Assembly: GCA_001781125.1 (NCBI GenBank) | Contig: MFKT01000029.1 | Location: 4,040-68,039, forward strand | Origin: Candidatus Kaiserbacteria bacterium RIFCSPHIGHO2_01_FULL_53_29 | GTDB lineage: Bacteria; Patescibacteriota; Minisyncoccia; Phycocordibacterales; UBA2100 | Length of the DNA stretch: 64,000 nt | Direction: 5' to 3' | Part shown: in pieces, positions 19,317 through 28,508 of the stretch | Numbering within the stretch: position 1 is the first letter of the stretch | Layout of the letters: each line of letters begins with the position of its first letter | Translations under genes and position numbers: made by a program | Notes under the pieces: model-generated | The model's input: only the letters and a program-made list of their open reading frames with translations | Database searches by the model: none | What the model was told of the DNA's origin: nothing

Positions 19317-19919
19317 ATGAGTCCCGAACAACTCACGCAACTCATCGTCGATTACCGCTACTGGATACTCGTTCCCCTTTCAATAATCGAGGGTCCGGTC
19401 GTCGCCTTTGTGGCGGGCACACTTGCCTCTCTCGGATATTTCAACATCTATGTGCTCCTGCTCTTTTTCTTCGCGCGCGACATGATCATGGACGCTTTCT
19501 ACTACGCGCTTGGCTACTACGGCGGCCGCACCGCAACAGCGCAGAAATTGCTTCGAAAGATCGGGGTCAGAGAAGACCACCTCGACGACATCCGCAAGCT
19601 CTGGGAGAAAAATGCGGGTAAGACGATGTTCCTCGGCAAGCTCTCCTATGGAATCGCATCGAGCTTCATCGCGCTCGCGGGGACCGTACGAATGCCGCTC
19701 AAGAAATTCTTCGGCTGGGGAGCGGTGGTGGCGATAGTGCAATTTTGGGGTCTCATATTCTTGGGCTACTTTTTCGGTGAATCCTTCGGCAGTATCGAGA
19801 ACGTCATTAACGGCATCCACTATGTGATACTCGGTATTACCATCGTAGGCATTCTCTACTACATCCTCACGCGCTATATGCGCAAGGAGCTCACCCGCGA
19901 AGCGAGCGGCGAGAAATAA
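19317..19919 (+). CDS. DedA/VTT family membrane protein
   Basis: IEGPVVAFVAG, D..YYALG, FLGKLSYG. Confidence 0.85.
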   Translation: MSPEQLTQLIVDYRYWILVPLSIIEGPVVAFVAGTLASLGYFNIYVLLLFFFARDMIMDAFYYALGYYGGRTATAQKLLRKIGVREDHLDDIRKLWEKNAGKTMFLGKLSYGIASSFIALAGTVRMPLKKFFGWGAVVAIVQFWGLIFLGYFFGESFGSIENVINGIHYVILGITIVGILYYILTRYMRKELTREASGEK

Positions 19920-19943
19920 CGTGGGAATCAGGAGAACCGCAAG

Positions 19944-20082
19944 TTGACATGTGTGCAATAAAATGCTATTATTATAGGCCTTTTCTCTAGTTTTCTGCGC
20001 GTCAAAATGCTGCGGAGGAAACTGGAGGAAAGCTTGTTCCTTCAGTCATCAACCCCAGATCCACAACTGACAGGAGGGCGTC
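19944..20082 (+). promoter_or_regulatory. Sigma70 promoter plus structured leader with Shine-Dalgarno
   Basis: TTGACA (19944), 17 bp, TATTAT (19967); leader hairpin CTCTAGTTT/AAACTGGAG; AGGAGG before GTG. Confidence 0.65.
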
Positions 20083-20709
20083 GTGCGCCGACACTTTCTT
20101 CTCTATCTCGCCTGCCTGACGGTCTACGTCCTCACGACTTCCGTGGGAGCGTACAAAGAGGGCTACGCCTTCGCCTATCAGGTACTGGAACTCTCGGATC
20201 CGCCGCAAAAGTTCCTCACCTTCTGGGGAAATGCGGCGAACTGGAGTGATCTCTTCATCGTGAATGTCGTACTCGCATACGTGCTGAGTACGCATACACG
20301 GTCGTGGTCGCTCAAGCGGTTCGTGCCGATCTTCACGGTCGTCGCGATCGTCGGCATCTTCGGCTACCTCGAGCCGCTGCTCAAGGATAGCCTCACGACA
20401 CCGTCGGCGTTTTTCCGCGAAGGACGTGCGTCGATTGCTGGAGTGACGCATCAGATATATTGGACCGTTGGGGTTTCGATCTCACTGTCCTATTATCTGC
20501 TCACTCCACGTAAAGGCGTGGCTACGCGGGAGGTCGTCACCATTACGGCGCTGCTCATGGTGCATCACGCGATCAGCGTAATGCACCCGCCGTATGCCGT
20601 GCACGGAAGCGTGCATTGGCCGGCGATATGGGCAACCACCGCCGGGTGGATCGTACTGCCGCTGCTTGCGGCCTATCGTGCTGGTCTTGGATCAGTGGCC
20701 CGCCGGTAG
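20083..20709 (+). CDS. Hypothetical membrane protein (paralog of 20939-21538)
   Basis: Shares LTF.GNA.NW, PLL.DS.TTPSA.FR.G, Y.LTP, PP..VHG, W....AGWIV with its neighbour. Confidence 0.8.
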   Translation: MRRHFLLYLACLTVYVLTTSVGAYKEGYAFAYQVLELSDPPQKFLTFWGNAANWSDLFIVNVVLAYVLSTHTRSWSLKRFVPIFTVVAIVGIFGYLEPLLKDSLTTPSAFFREGRASIAGVTHQIYWTVGVSISLSYYLLTPRKGVATREVVTITALLMVHHAISVMHPPYAVHGSVHWPAIWATTAGWIVLPLLAAYRAGLGSVARR

Positions 20710-20739
20710 ACAGGTTTGCGGCCTGAGAACTCGCACAAC

Positions 20740-20783
20740 AAAAAAGCCCGTCCGGTTTCTTCAACCGGACGGGCCTTCGTTTT
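20740..20783 (+). terminator. Intrinsic terminator (possibly bidirectional)
   Basis: AAAAAA GCCCGTCCGGTT-TCTTC-AACCGGACGGGC CTTCGTTTT. Confidence 0.7.
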
Positions 20784-20802
20784 GAGCCCGAAGATACCGC
20801 GC

Positions 20803-20938
20803 TTGACATGATGGCTAGAAAATGCCACTATTTTTTCACTTTCGTCCCGGCGCATCCCCGTAGGATGTGGAAAATATCTGGAGGAAGGTAGTTCTTTCAG
20901 ATTCCGGTTCAATGCTACCCAACTGAAGGAGTTCCTCG
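20803..20938 (+). promoter_or_regulatory. Sigma70 promoter plus structured leader with Shine-Dalgarno
   Basis: TTGACA (20803), 17 bp, TG-n-CACTAT; leader similar to 19944-20082; AAGGAG before ATG. Confidence 0.6.
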
Positions 20939-21538
20939 ATGAACATGTGGCTGCTGTTATCCGAAATCAGCATGTTGCTCATCTTTCGGATCGCGTTGAG
21001 CGACAAGTACGCGTTCGATGGTCAGGTACGTGAACAACCGAACCCGCCGAGAACGTATCTGACGTTCCTCGGCAACGCCACCAACTGGTTGGCCTTTTTC
21101 GTCGCGAATCCGCTCGCGGCGGTGCTCATTGAGTGGCATGCGAGCTCGTGGCGAGCGGCGGACTTGGGTATCATCTCGGGCATCGTCTTCGTGGTTGGGC
21201 TCCTGATGATCATCCCGCTTCTCCAAGACAGCAAGACGACGCCTTCCGCGTATTTTCGAAACGGATGGCTGACGCAAGCTGGGGCGATCTACCAACTCGT
21301 GGTGTGGCCCTACCAAGTCTCGGTCTTCGTCGCGTTCTACGTGCTGACACCTGCGGCTCAGGTTACGACGGCAGAGGGCGTAATCGTCACAGCGCTCCTG
21401 CTCATGACCTGGGGCGTGAGCACGTTGCAGCCTCCGAAAAAGGTGCATGGCGAGACCAACGGAATGGCCTGGGCGGGCGCGATCGCAGGTTGGATCGTCA
21501 TCGTGGTGGGCGTCGTCTACCAGCTCAAGTTCGCTTGA
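20939..21538 (+). CDS. Hypothetical membrane protein (paralog of 20083-20709)
   Basis: Same shared motifs as the paralog; about 6 TMs. Confidence 0.8.
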   Translation: MNMWLLLSEISMLLIFRIALSDKYAFDGQVREQPNPPRTYLTFLGNATNWLAFFVANPLAAVLIEWHASSWRAADLGIISGIVFVVGLLMIIPLLQDSKTTPSAYFRNGWLTQAGAIYQLVVWPYQVSVFVAFYVLTPAAQVTTAEGVIVTALLLMTWGVSTLQPPKKVHGETNGMAWAGAIAGWIVIVVGVVYQLKFA

Positions 21539-21622
21539 TACGAAGACAAGCCGGCCTAGCCGTCTTGTCGAGGAAGAACTGCCTTACCGCACTTCTCCCT
21601 CGGCGAGGCGGCTCTTTCTTTT

Positions 21623-22345
21623 TTATGACCGCTTGAGGTCGTGATGACCGGGAGTGTAGGGGCGGTGGAAGAGGACCGGCCACCAATAGTTGATCATGTA
21701 TTTGAGGCACATCTGGGCAAGACCCTCTTGATCGAAACGCCGCGCCGATGAGTAGTTGTTGAATCGCATGCGCCATAATGTTTTACCGACCGTGTGGAAA
21801 CGGCGCGCGAGGTCGGTATCGTCGCCGTAAAACGCGAGTGCGCGATCGTGTCCGCCGATTTTTTTGAGCGCGTCGGCGCGCATCGCGCAATTGCCCGCGT
21901 TGCCTATATAGCCGACGATCCAGTACACCGGTGGAGTGAACCACCAGATAGCATCTAGAAGCCATGCGGGATAACGGCCGCTTTCGTGGCGATGATACCG
22001 ATACGCACCGCTTAGAAATACGACCTTCGGATCGCGCTCGAAGGTGCGTTCGATGTACTCTACCCAGCCCTCGGGTATGAGCGCGTCTGCATCGATGTAC
22101 GCGAGGATCTCTCCGCTTGCGTGTTCGGCGCCCGTCTGCCGTGCGTGGCCAGTGCCTTTGCGCATTTCCGTAACAACGCGAACTCCGGGATATCGGCTCG
22201 CAACTTCTACAGTTTTATCGGTTGAGGCATTGTTGACGACGATGATCTCTTTGAATTTTCCGTGCGAATTTTCTATCGCGGTATCAAGGCACAGACCGAT
22301 CGAGGCCTCTTCGTTGTACGCAGGGATGACGAGGGAGATGTCCAT
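21623..22345 (-). CDS. Glycosyltransferase family 2
   Basis: ISLVIPAYNEE, VNNASTD, YIDAD, GDDTDL; the ORF-track extension into tRNA-His is not real. Confidence 0.92.
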   Translation of the reverse strand: MDISLVIPAYNEEASIGLCLDTAIENSHGKFKEIIVVNNASTDKTVEVASRYPGVRVVTEMRKGTGHARQTGAEHASGEILAYIDADALIPEGWVEYIERTFERDPKVVFLSGAYRYHRHESGRYPAWLLDAIWWFTPPVYWIVGYIGNAGNCAMRADALKKIGGHDRALAFYGDDTDLARRFHTVGKTLWRMRFNNYSSARRFDQEGLAQMCLKYMINYWWPVLFHRPYTPGHHDLKRS

Positions 22346-22407
22346 ATCATCCGTAGTATATCCTCTTTGGGCGATCGTCGAGAGTTGAACTCGAATCGAG
22401 ATTTCGG

Positions 22408-22481
22408 GGTGATCGACGGGGATCGAACCCGTAACCGCCAGATCCACAATCTGGAGCTCTACCAATTGAGCTACGACCACC
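22408..22481 (-). tRNA. tRNA-His (GTG) with encoded G-1
   Basis: Cloverleaf; anticodon arm CCAGA-TTGTGGA-TCTGG; GTTCGAT T-loop; CCA not encoded. Confidence 0.93.
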
Positions 22482-22482
22482 A

Positions 22483-22989
22483 TCAGGACCGTGGTTTCAA
22501 TAAACCACGTTCACGCCCCACATCATAATGGTGAACGAGAAAATGGCAATTGTGACAGAGCCATGCGAGGTTGTCTGCTGCATTGTTGGTACGGTCGCGG
22601 TCGATATGATGGACGGCGAGAACACGAGTGTCTACGGTGCGACAAACTTCGCATACTTTTTCTTTACCCGAGCGCCTCAACGCACTCCTGCTTGCAGCGC
22701 TTGAACGTCCGTGTTTCCAACTTTTATGATTTGGGCCAGCGTAAACCTGATTCCGCCAAACTGTTTGACACGACTTATCGCAAAAATAATTTTTTGTCTT
22801 TGCTACTCGAAGTGAGCGCAGTTTTCGGTATACCTCCTTCCCACACGTGCCGCAGTGAACGACTTTGCCAGTTTTCATTGACCGGAAGTGGCACGTGTTC
22901 GAGCAAAATCTGCCCTGGCCGCGTCGAATGAAGTACGGTTTTGTTTGAAATTCTTTGCCGCAAAGTACGCACTTTCTCAGCACTGCCAT
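22483..22989 (-). CDS. HNH endonuclease with N-terminal Cys-rich zinc-finger repeats
   Basis: CxxC...FCSxxC repeats; CEVC...VHHIDRDRTNN...NLAWLCHNCHFLVH. Confidence 0.88.
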   Translation of the reverse strand: MAVLRKCVLCGKEFQTKPYFIRRGQGRFCSNTCHFRSMKTGKVVHCGTCGKEVYRKLRSLRVAKTKNYFCDKSCQTVWRNQVYAGPNHKSWKHGRSSAASRSALRRSGKEKVCEVCRTVDTRVLAVHHIDRDRTNNAADNLAWLCHNCHFLVHHYDVGRERGLLKPRS

Positions 22990-23093
22990 GCCTTAATTAT
23001 AAATAGGCAACCTTCAAAGTAAAGGCAGCCGCTTGTGGATTGTCATCCAGAACCTCCGGTGACAACCAGATCTTCAAGTGCGAGCAGTGTATT

Positions 23094-24197
23094 TTATTTG
23101 GTGGTCTCAACTACTGGAGTCGGGGTCGCGCCGTCAATGACGGTGAATGAGATCCGCCCAATGAGCTGACCGTGTAGCGTGATGACGTTGACGCGCCATC
23201 TTCCGGCTGTCGGATCTGTTTTTATCGAATACCCGCGATATCCCCCGTCGCGCCCACCGAGAATAGAAAAACGAAGCGTGTCGGTCGTTACCCACCGCTT
23301 CGTCGGCACGTCGTAGCGCTGCCACTCATGGAGAACGAGGGTGGAAAGTCCTGAGGGCGCAAAGATAGCGCTGTAAGCGTAGGCGCTTTCCCCCGGCGCA
23401 TGGTGGAAGAGCGTGTTGTAGCGCAGGTATGCCTCATACCACGGCACCGGCTCCGCAAGAAGGTGGTAGCTGCCATCTGCTGCGCGCGCGACATTGTGAT
23501 AGACACCTGCGTCTTTGAGTGCCAGCGGCAAAGGGGGGATGAGGTTTGAGAAATAGAGGATGTTGAACGCAATAAAAATAATCGCGATCGCGCGGGCGAC
23601 GGTCGTTCGGTTGGCACGGACGAGCTCCGGCACAAGCGCGAAAAGAAGATAGAGAAACGCGGAAACGACCGCGAGGCTTATGACGCCGCTCAAGACGAAC
23701 ATGTACGGACCGATCGCGTGAAAGACGACTGGCAGGAAGAAAATAAAGAACGACATGAGCACGATGAAGAATATGCTCATTTGGAATGAGAAGCGCATGT
23801 AGAAGCGCACGAATCGTTCATTGCCCAAAAGTAAGGCGGCCAAGAGCAACACAAAGACAGCGCTTCCGGCGAAGGCGGCGCTCCGGCTGTAGAGCGAGAG
23901 ATAGCCCGAGAAAAGTCCCCCGAACGCGAACTGCGCAACAACGGGGATCAGAGGAGTTATTTTCAGGATCCACGGGTGCCGCAGGCGACCCGTTTCGATA
24001 AGATTCATCGCCACGATACTTCCTGCTGCGATCACAAGATAGGAAAAGAGGAGCAGATTTCCTGTCCATAGATCGACGCGACGCAAAAGAACAAAATAGT
24101 CCAAAAGAAGCGCTGCAATAAGAGCGGGCGGCGATAGGTAGCGCATGTACCAGTGCGCGAGCTCCTCGACACTTTTCGGAAGGTACCGGCGAATCAC
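23094..24197 (-). CDS. Membrane protein with C-terminal DUF2914-like domain
   Basis: 7 TMs then HEWQ...GGRDGGYRGYSIK...GRWRVNV. Confidence 0.75.
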   Translation of the reverse strand: MIRRYLPKSVEELAHWYMRYLSPPALIAALLLDYFVLLRRVDLWTGNLLLFSYLVIAAGSIVAMNLIETGRLRHPWILKITPLIPVVAQFAFGGLFSGYLSLYSRSAAFAGSAVFVLLLAALLLGNERFVRFYMRFSFQMSIFFIVLMSFFIFFLPVVFHAIGPYMFVLSGVISLAVVSAFLYLLFALVPELVRANRTTVARAIAIIFIAFNILYFSNLIPPLPLALKDAGVYHNVARAADGSYHLLAEPVPWYEAYLRYNTLFHHAPGESAYAYSAIFAPSGLSTLVLHEWQRYDVPTKRWVTTDTLRFSILGGRDGGYRGYSIKTDPTAGRWRVNVITLHGQLIGRISFTVIDGATPTPVVETTK

Positions 24198-24225
24198 ACC
24201 TCAATGATACTGCAAAAGATTTTTT

Positions 24226-24306
24226 TGCGCAGGGGGGGACTCGAACCCCCAAGCCGTAAGGCATACGCCCCTCGAACGTACGTGTATACCATTCCACCAC
24301 CTGCGC
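24226..24306 (-). tRNA. tRNA-Leu (GAG)
   Basis: Cloverleaf with long variable arm; anticodon arm TACGT-TCGAGGG-GCGTA. Confidence 0.88.
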
Positions 24307-24376
24307 ATTACAGATGCTCGCCTACTATAGCTAACATCTTCACTACCTTCAAATGCTTGCGTGAAAGATTGACGCA

Positions 24377-24814
24377 TTATTCGCTTTTCACTTCCGCTTC
24401 CGGCTCAATGACCACCGGCACTTCCTCCTTCGCAACGACTTTCGTCACTCCAGACACATTCACCATCATGCGCGTACGGCGAAGTTGTCTGCGCGCTTCG
24501 CGCGCAACTTTATCACGGATGAAATACAGCTTTGCGCGCCGCACGCGGGAACGTTTCACGATCTCGATTTTGTCTATCATGGGAGAATAGAGCGGGAATA
24601 TCTTCTCGACACCCACACCGCTTGCCACACGCCGCACGGTGAATGTGCCGCCCGCTTCGAGCCCATGTTTGCGGGCAAGAACCAATCCTTCAAACGCCTG
24701 AAGGCGCGTCTTCCCTTTTTCCTCGATCTTCTGCCAGACGCGCACGGTATCCCCCGGCCGGAGGTCGAGATTTTTGCGCGCGTCCATGTCTATTGGTGAA
24801 GTCTTGATTGTCAT
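24377..24814 (-). CDS. rplS: 50S ribosomal protein L19
   Basis: RPGDTVRV, RLQAFEG, GVGVEKIFP, VRRAKLYFIR. Confidence 0.97.
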   Translation of the reverse strand: MTIKTSPIDMDARKNLDLRPGDTVRVWQKIEEKGKTRLQAFEGLVLARKHGLEAGGTFTVRRVASGVGVEKIFPLYSPMIDKIEIVKRSRVRRAKLYFIRDKVAREARRQLRRTRMMVNVSGVTKVVAKEEVPVVIEPEAEVKSE

Positions 24815-24829
24815 ACAAAATTTGTCGCG

Positions 24830-24859
24830 CCTGCCTGCCGAAGCCTTGGCGCAGGCAGG
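24830..24859. repeat. Palindromic element of the GAA-bulge family in the rplS 5' region
   Basis: CCTGCCTGC-CGAAGCCTTGGC-GCAGGCAGG; related to 13298-13320. Confidence 0.7.
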
Positions 24860-24942
24860 GCACTATACCATTCACACCGTCAGAAAACAACTTCCGATAA
24901 AGTGCGGAGTGCTTGAATTAGCGCGGACCAACACCACCGCTT

Positions 24943-25016
24943 TGCGCGCTGAGGGATTCGAACCCCCGACCCTCTCAGTGTAAATGAGATGCTCTAACCA
25001 ACTGAGCTAAGCGCGC
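24943..25016 (-). tRNA. tRNA-Val (TAC)
   Basis: Cloverleaf; TCTCA-TTTACAC-TGAGA. Confidence 0.95.
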
Positions 25017-25019
25017 ATA

Positions 25020-25091
25020 TGCCCTCGGTTGGAATCGAACCAACATTGACGGCTTAGAAGTCCGCAGTTCTGTCCATTGAACTACGAGGGC
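25020..25091 (-). tRNA. tRNA-Arg (TCT)
   Basis: Cloverleaf; anticodon loop CTTCTAA. Confidence 0.92.
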
Positions 25092-25129
25092 GATGCGCTT
25101 CCCAATCCTAGCTGCGCAACACGTTATGG

Positions 25130-25471
25130 TCAACGCGACGGGTCCGATATTCCCGCTGATGGATTCTTTCGTAGTGCATCGAACTGCACCTGCCGCGTTT
25201 CAAATCCCTGAATTACCTTGTTGAGGGCCGCGCGATCGAGGGCAGGTGGGGGCGGAGCGGATGTATCCAAGGATGCCGAGAGTGCATTCAGTACATTCAG
25301 CAGATCCCATACGCCGTAGAAAATGACGAGTGTGATGATACAAAACGCGATAGAAAGAAGGCCGCGCCAGTAGAGATCGGCGAGCGAGCGTAGCGACTCG
25401 GGCTCATGCCGATTTGCTAGCATTTCGCGTACACCTTTCATTGTGTCGGGGCCGAATTTCATATTCATCAT
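25130..25471 (-). CDS. Hypothetical single-TM protein, last gene of the pilMNO-like cluster
   Basis: One TM; co-oriented and tightly spaced with upstream genes. Confidence 0.65.
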   Translation of the reverse strand: MMNMKFGPDTMKGVREMLANRHEPESLRSLADLYWRGLLSIAFCIITLVIFYGVWDLLNVLNALSASLDTSAPPPPALDRAALNKVIQGFETRQVQFDALRKNPSAGISDPSR

Positions 25472-25475
25472 TGAC

Positions 25476-26030
25476 TTAAGAAGAGATGTCCGCAGTGGTT
25501 AAGACTCTGATAGAGGCATTCATATGCCACAAAGTTGCCGGGCCTGAAGGAGTCGGGTTTGGCGCATGCTCGATGTCGAGGCTCTTCAGGGTCGAGGGAA
25601 TGGGAAGTGTCTCGAACATATGCGCGACGCGCATAAGTGCGGCAAACGATCCTTGCGCCTGGACATTGAATCCGATCACCTTGATCGGAGTGCCTCCGGC
25701 TATACCAGCTCCCCCACTTTCGGGCAGGGCACTGCTCAATGTTACCGCAGCACCGCCTGCTTTCCCGACACCTTCGATCATGTCAACGATCGAACTCACG
25801 TCGATATCAAGAAGCTCTCCAAGCTGTGTACGCTCCCGTGCCGTACCAAGAGCAAGCGCGCGTGTGCGGATCGCCGAAGCTTCTTTGGTCGATGATTTTT
25901 GGGCGTTTTCTATCTGTGTGGCAATATCGTGCTCACTTCCCGCAATACTCCATGCGAAAAATCCGACCATGGCCCAAGCGAGAAGGACTGCTCCGAGCGC
26001 AAACCATTGTACGAAGGAGTGGTGTCTCAT
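25476..26030 (-). CDS. PilO-like pilus assembly protein
   Basis: N-terminal TM, coiled coil, VQAQGSFAALMRVAHMFETLP; position after pilM/N. Confidence 0.65.
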   Translation of the reverse strand: MRHHSFVQWFALGAVLLAWAMVGFFAWSIAGSEHDIATQIENAQKSSTKEASAIRTRALALGTARERTQLGELLDIDVSSIVDMIEGVGKAGGAAVTLSSALPESGGAGIAGGTPIKVIGFNVQAQGSFAALMRVAHMFETLPIPSTLKSLDIEHAPNPTPSGPATLWHMNASIRVLTTADISS

Positions 26031-26031
26031 G

Positions 26032-26556
26032 TTAGAGATCCTTAGCGAGTACTAGGGTGACAGAAAATTGTCCGCCGACGGCTCCCGCAAGATCGCCCAC
26101 GGGGACCGAAACCGACTTCCAATGCGGATCGCTCTGAAGCGCCTGACGATATGCATTGATAGCTTCGCGCGCCGCAGAACCAACTATCATGATAGTGCTT
26201 GGACTTCCCGAAGTGTAGCTGACATGGTCGACCGTAACATGGGCGGGGCGCAGAGAGAGCGCAAGAGCGATCGTTTCTGTGGGAGTCGTTGTCGCCGCAA
26301 GAAGCGGGGAGAGTGCGGCAAGCAATGACTGCGTGTGAATGATCCCCTCCCGATCCGCCTGATCCACGCTGCCGCGCGAGGAGATCTCGGGAGATGAGTC
26401 CCTCTGCCCAACCTGAAGGGCAAGGTACGTCGGCAAAAGTGCAAGGCCCGAAAGCGCCGCAGCAGCAAGCCCCACGAGTGAGCCCGCGACGACGAATCGC
26501 GCCCGATACATGCCCCATACAACTTTTTGCGCTTCGTGTGGAAGGACGTTGCTCAT
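26032..26556 (-). CDS. PilN-like pilus assembly protein
   Basis: MSNVLP start, TM, ferredoxin-like C-terminal pattern; follows pilM. Confidence 0.65.
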   Translation of the reverse strand: MSNVLPHEAQKVVWGMYRARFVVAGSLVGLAAAALSGLALLPTYLALQVGQRDSSPEISSRGSVDQADREGIIHTQSLLAALSPLLAATTTPTETIALALSLRPAHVTVDHVSYTSGSPSTIMIVGSAAREAINAYRQALQSDPHWKSVSVPVGDLAGAVGGQFSVTLVLAKDL

Positions 26557-26578
26557 AAGAAGTTGTGATCCACTTCGT

Positions 26579-27703
26579 TCATACAATTTCCAAAGACCGC
26601 AACGCGAGTCCTGCGGCGGTGGCGTATTGAAGCGATGTCCGACGATTGATAGGAGGAATGTACTGATCGAATGTACAAATATGTTGCCAGATATCTCCGA
26701 TTGTGGTTGGCGCTTGTACGCGCCCCGCAATGTAATCCGCAAGACCGTTCAGATTTGAGCTGCCCCCGACCAAGATCACAGCCCCCACGGGCGTCATGCG
26801 ATCGCCCCGTTCATTTCTGCGCGTGTCCCAGTAGTGATAATGGCGCGTGACCTCATCCGCAAGTGCAGAAGCAATTCCCATGATCGCGTCGAGGCCGGGA
26901 GATTTGGTGCCGCCCTCGGGGAGAAGTCCCTGATCGTTGCGAAAGGCCATGGCAGATTCAGCGGACATGGAAAGCTTCTCCATCAGCGCACGAGTGATCC
27001 CGTCGCCTCCCACCTCGACCGTCGATGTGAAAATAGGAATACCGCGCTTGAGGACCGCAAAGCCGGTGCGCGCCCGCCCGAAATCCACGAGCAACGTGAC
27101 GGGCTCATCGGATTTTCCTGATGAGACGGTGCGCGCGATGGAGCGCGCTTCGATCTCAAGCGAAAGAAGTCCGATGCCTGCCGCACCGAATGCGGCAATG
27201 TAATTTTCAGCGAGTTCGCGGGGAAAGACCGCAACGCCGATCTCTTGTCCTTCCCCTTCGTCACGCTCTTCTATGACATCAAAATCAAAGATCGCCGCGG
27301 AAGGCGCGATCGGGACCCGGCCTTCAAATCCGAATTCGATCATCTGCAACACGTCCTCGCGGGTCGTGGCATCCGGTACATGCATCTCGAAAACGTATGC
27401 GGCTTCCTCGGGAAGCGCTGCGTGTGCATACTCGACCCCTCCGAGATTTTTCTTGACTCTGTTGAGAGATTGCGCAAGCGCAGGAATATCTTTGATCGTT
27501 CCATTGACGACGACACCCTCGTGCAGAGGCTCTTCTCCGTATGTTTGCACGCGATACGCGTTGCTGGATGGCGAGAGGACAAGCCATTTGATCGATGCAT
27601 CAGAAATATCGATGCCGGCAGCACGGGGAAAGAGCCGTACGGGTGTCGGGAACCACCGCGCGAGCGCGTTTGAAAAGTTATGCAATCCGCCTGAAAGCTG
27701 CAT
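26579..27703 (-). CDS. pilM: Type IV pilus assembly protein PilM (actin-like)
   Basis: GIDISDASIK, LVDFGRART, ILVGGSSNL, YATAAGLALR. Confidence 0.88.
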   Translation of the reverse strand: MQLSGGLHNFSNALARWFPTPVRLFPRAAGIDISDASIKWLVLSPSSNAYRVQTYGEEPLHEGVVVNGTIKDIPALAQSLNRVKKNLGGVEYAHAALPEEAAYVFEMHVPDATTREDVLQMIEFGFEGRVPIAPSAAIFDFDVIEERDEGEGQEIGVAVFPRELAENYIAAFGAAGIGLLSLEIEARSIARTVSSGKSDEPVTLLVDFGRARTGFAVLKRGIPIFTSTVEVGGDGITRALMEKLSMSAESAMAFRNDQGLLPEGGTKSPGLDAIMGIASALADEVTRHYHYWDTRRNERGDRMTPVGAVILVGGSSNLNGLADYIAGRVQAPTTIGDIWQHICTFDQYIPPINRRTSLQYATAAGLALRSLEIV

Positions 27704-27733
27704 TCTCTGAATTATAGCGCATCTGCAGGCTCG

Positions 27734-28108
27734 CTATTTTAATTTTGAACCATTGGGAAGTTGGCGTTCCGGCACAAGAAGAACTACGCCGCTCTCATCG
27801 CTTGCCCCGTTAGAGGCATCGCCTCTAACGGGGCTTGCCGCGAGCAACATCCCCTGGCTTTCTACTCCGCGCAAGCTCCGCGGAGCGAGGTTTACGATGT
27901 AGGGAAGCTGTCTGCCGACTAATTCTTCAGGTTTTTTCCATTGTGCGATGCCGGAAACTATTGTGCGTTGCCCCAACTCTCCAAAATCTACCGTGCATTT
28001 GATGAGTTTGTCGGTCTCGGGCACGAGCTCTGCCGCTACAACAGTCCCCATCCGTATATCGAGCTTCGCAAAATCATCGTATTGAATTTCTGGCATTTGT
28101 TCTCCCAT
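27734..28108 (-). CDS. Stand-alone tRNA-binding OB-fold protein (MetRS C-terminal/Trbp111/CsaA-like)
   Basis: DDFAKLDIRMG, RTIVSGI, NLAPRSLRGVESQGMLLAA. Confidence 0.9.
   Translation of the reverse strand: MGEQMPEIQYDDFAKLDIRMGTVVAAELVPETDKLIKCTVDFGELGQRTIVSGIAQWKKPEELVGRQLPYIVNLAPRSLRGVESQGMLLAASPVRGDASNGASDESGVVLLVPERQLPNGSKLK
27804..27834. repeat. Perfect 14-bp-stem palindrome in frame in the tRNA-binding protein (SPVRGDASNGA)
   Basis: GCCCCGTTAGAGGC-ATC-GCCTCTAACGGGGC. Confidence 0.8.
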
Positions 28109-28112
28109 GTGA

Positions 28113-28508
28113 CTACTCTACCTCACCGCCTTTCATTTCTAAATACCTCTGGAGGATAATCGCTGCAGCGGCACCATCGTCGTGGGCCTTATTCTCCGGC
28201 GCGTAGCGCGAAGCTTCGATCGAGCTCCACATTTCTGACGCGAATTCGATCGGTACGGACGTCGCTTTTGTGAGTTCTTCGACGAACGCCTGCGCCTCGA
28301 ACGTAATCGGGTTTTCTGCGCCACCGGAGGCGCGCGTGTCACCAACAACGATTCTGCCAATTTTTTCATTTTGAATGAGTTTCAGGAGACCCGACAAAAG
28401 TTTATCGTCATTCGTCACGGTCGTACGCGGGAATGCGATCTTCCCTTCGGCATCAGAGACCGCAACCCCTACGCGCTTCCTTCCGTAATCAATACCGAGG
28501 TATTTCAT
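28113..28508 (-). CDS. ruvX: YqgF/RuvX pre-16S rRNA nuclease
   Basis: [28 protein letters not shown]. Confidence 0.92.
   Translation of the reverse strand: MKYLGIDYGRKRVGVAVSDAEGKIAFPRTTVTNDDKLLSGLLKLIQNEKIGRIVVGDTRASGGAENPITFEAQAFVEELTKATSVPIEFASEMWSSIEASRYAPENKAHDDGAAAAIILQRYLEMKGGEVE

Noticed and set aside
22346-22483. N-terminal extensions of ORFs through tRNA genes (GT2 here; riboflavin kinase 35842-35985)
   Set aside because: They translate tRNA sequence; downstream ATGs match family N-termini
22408-22989. Group I intron-encoded homing endonuclease within a tRNA
   Set aside because: Both tRNAs are contiguous and intact; the HNH ORFs lie 5' of them and no intron core was recognisable
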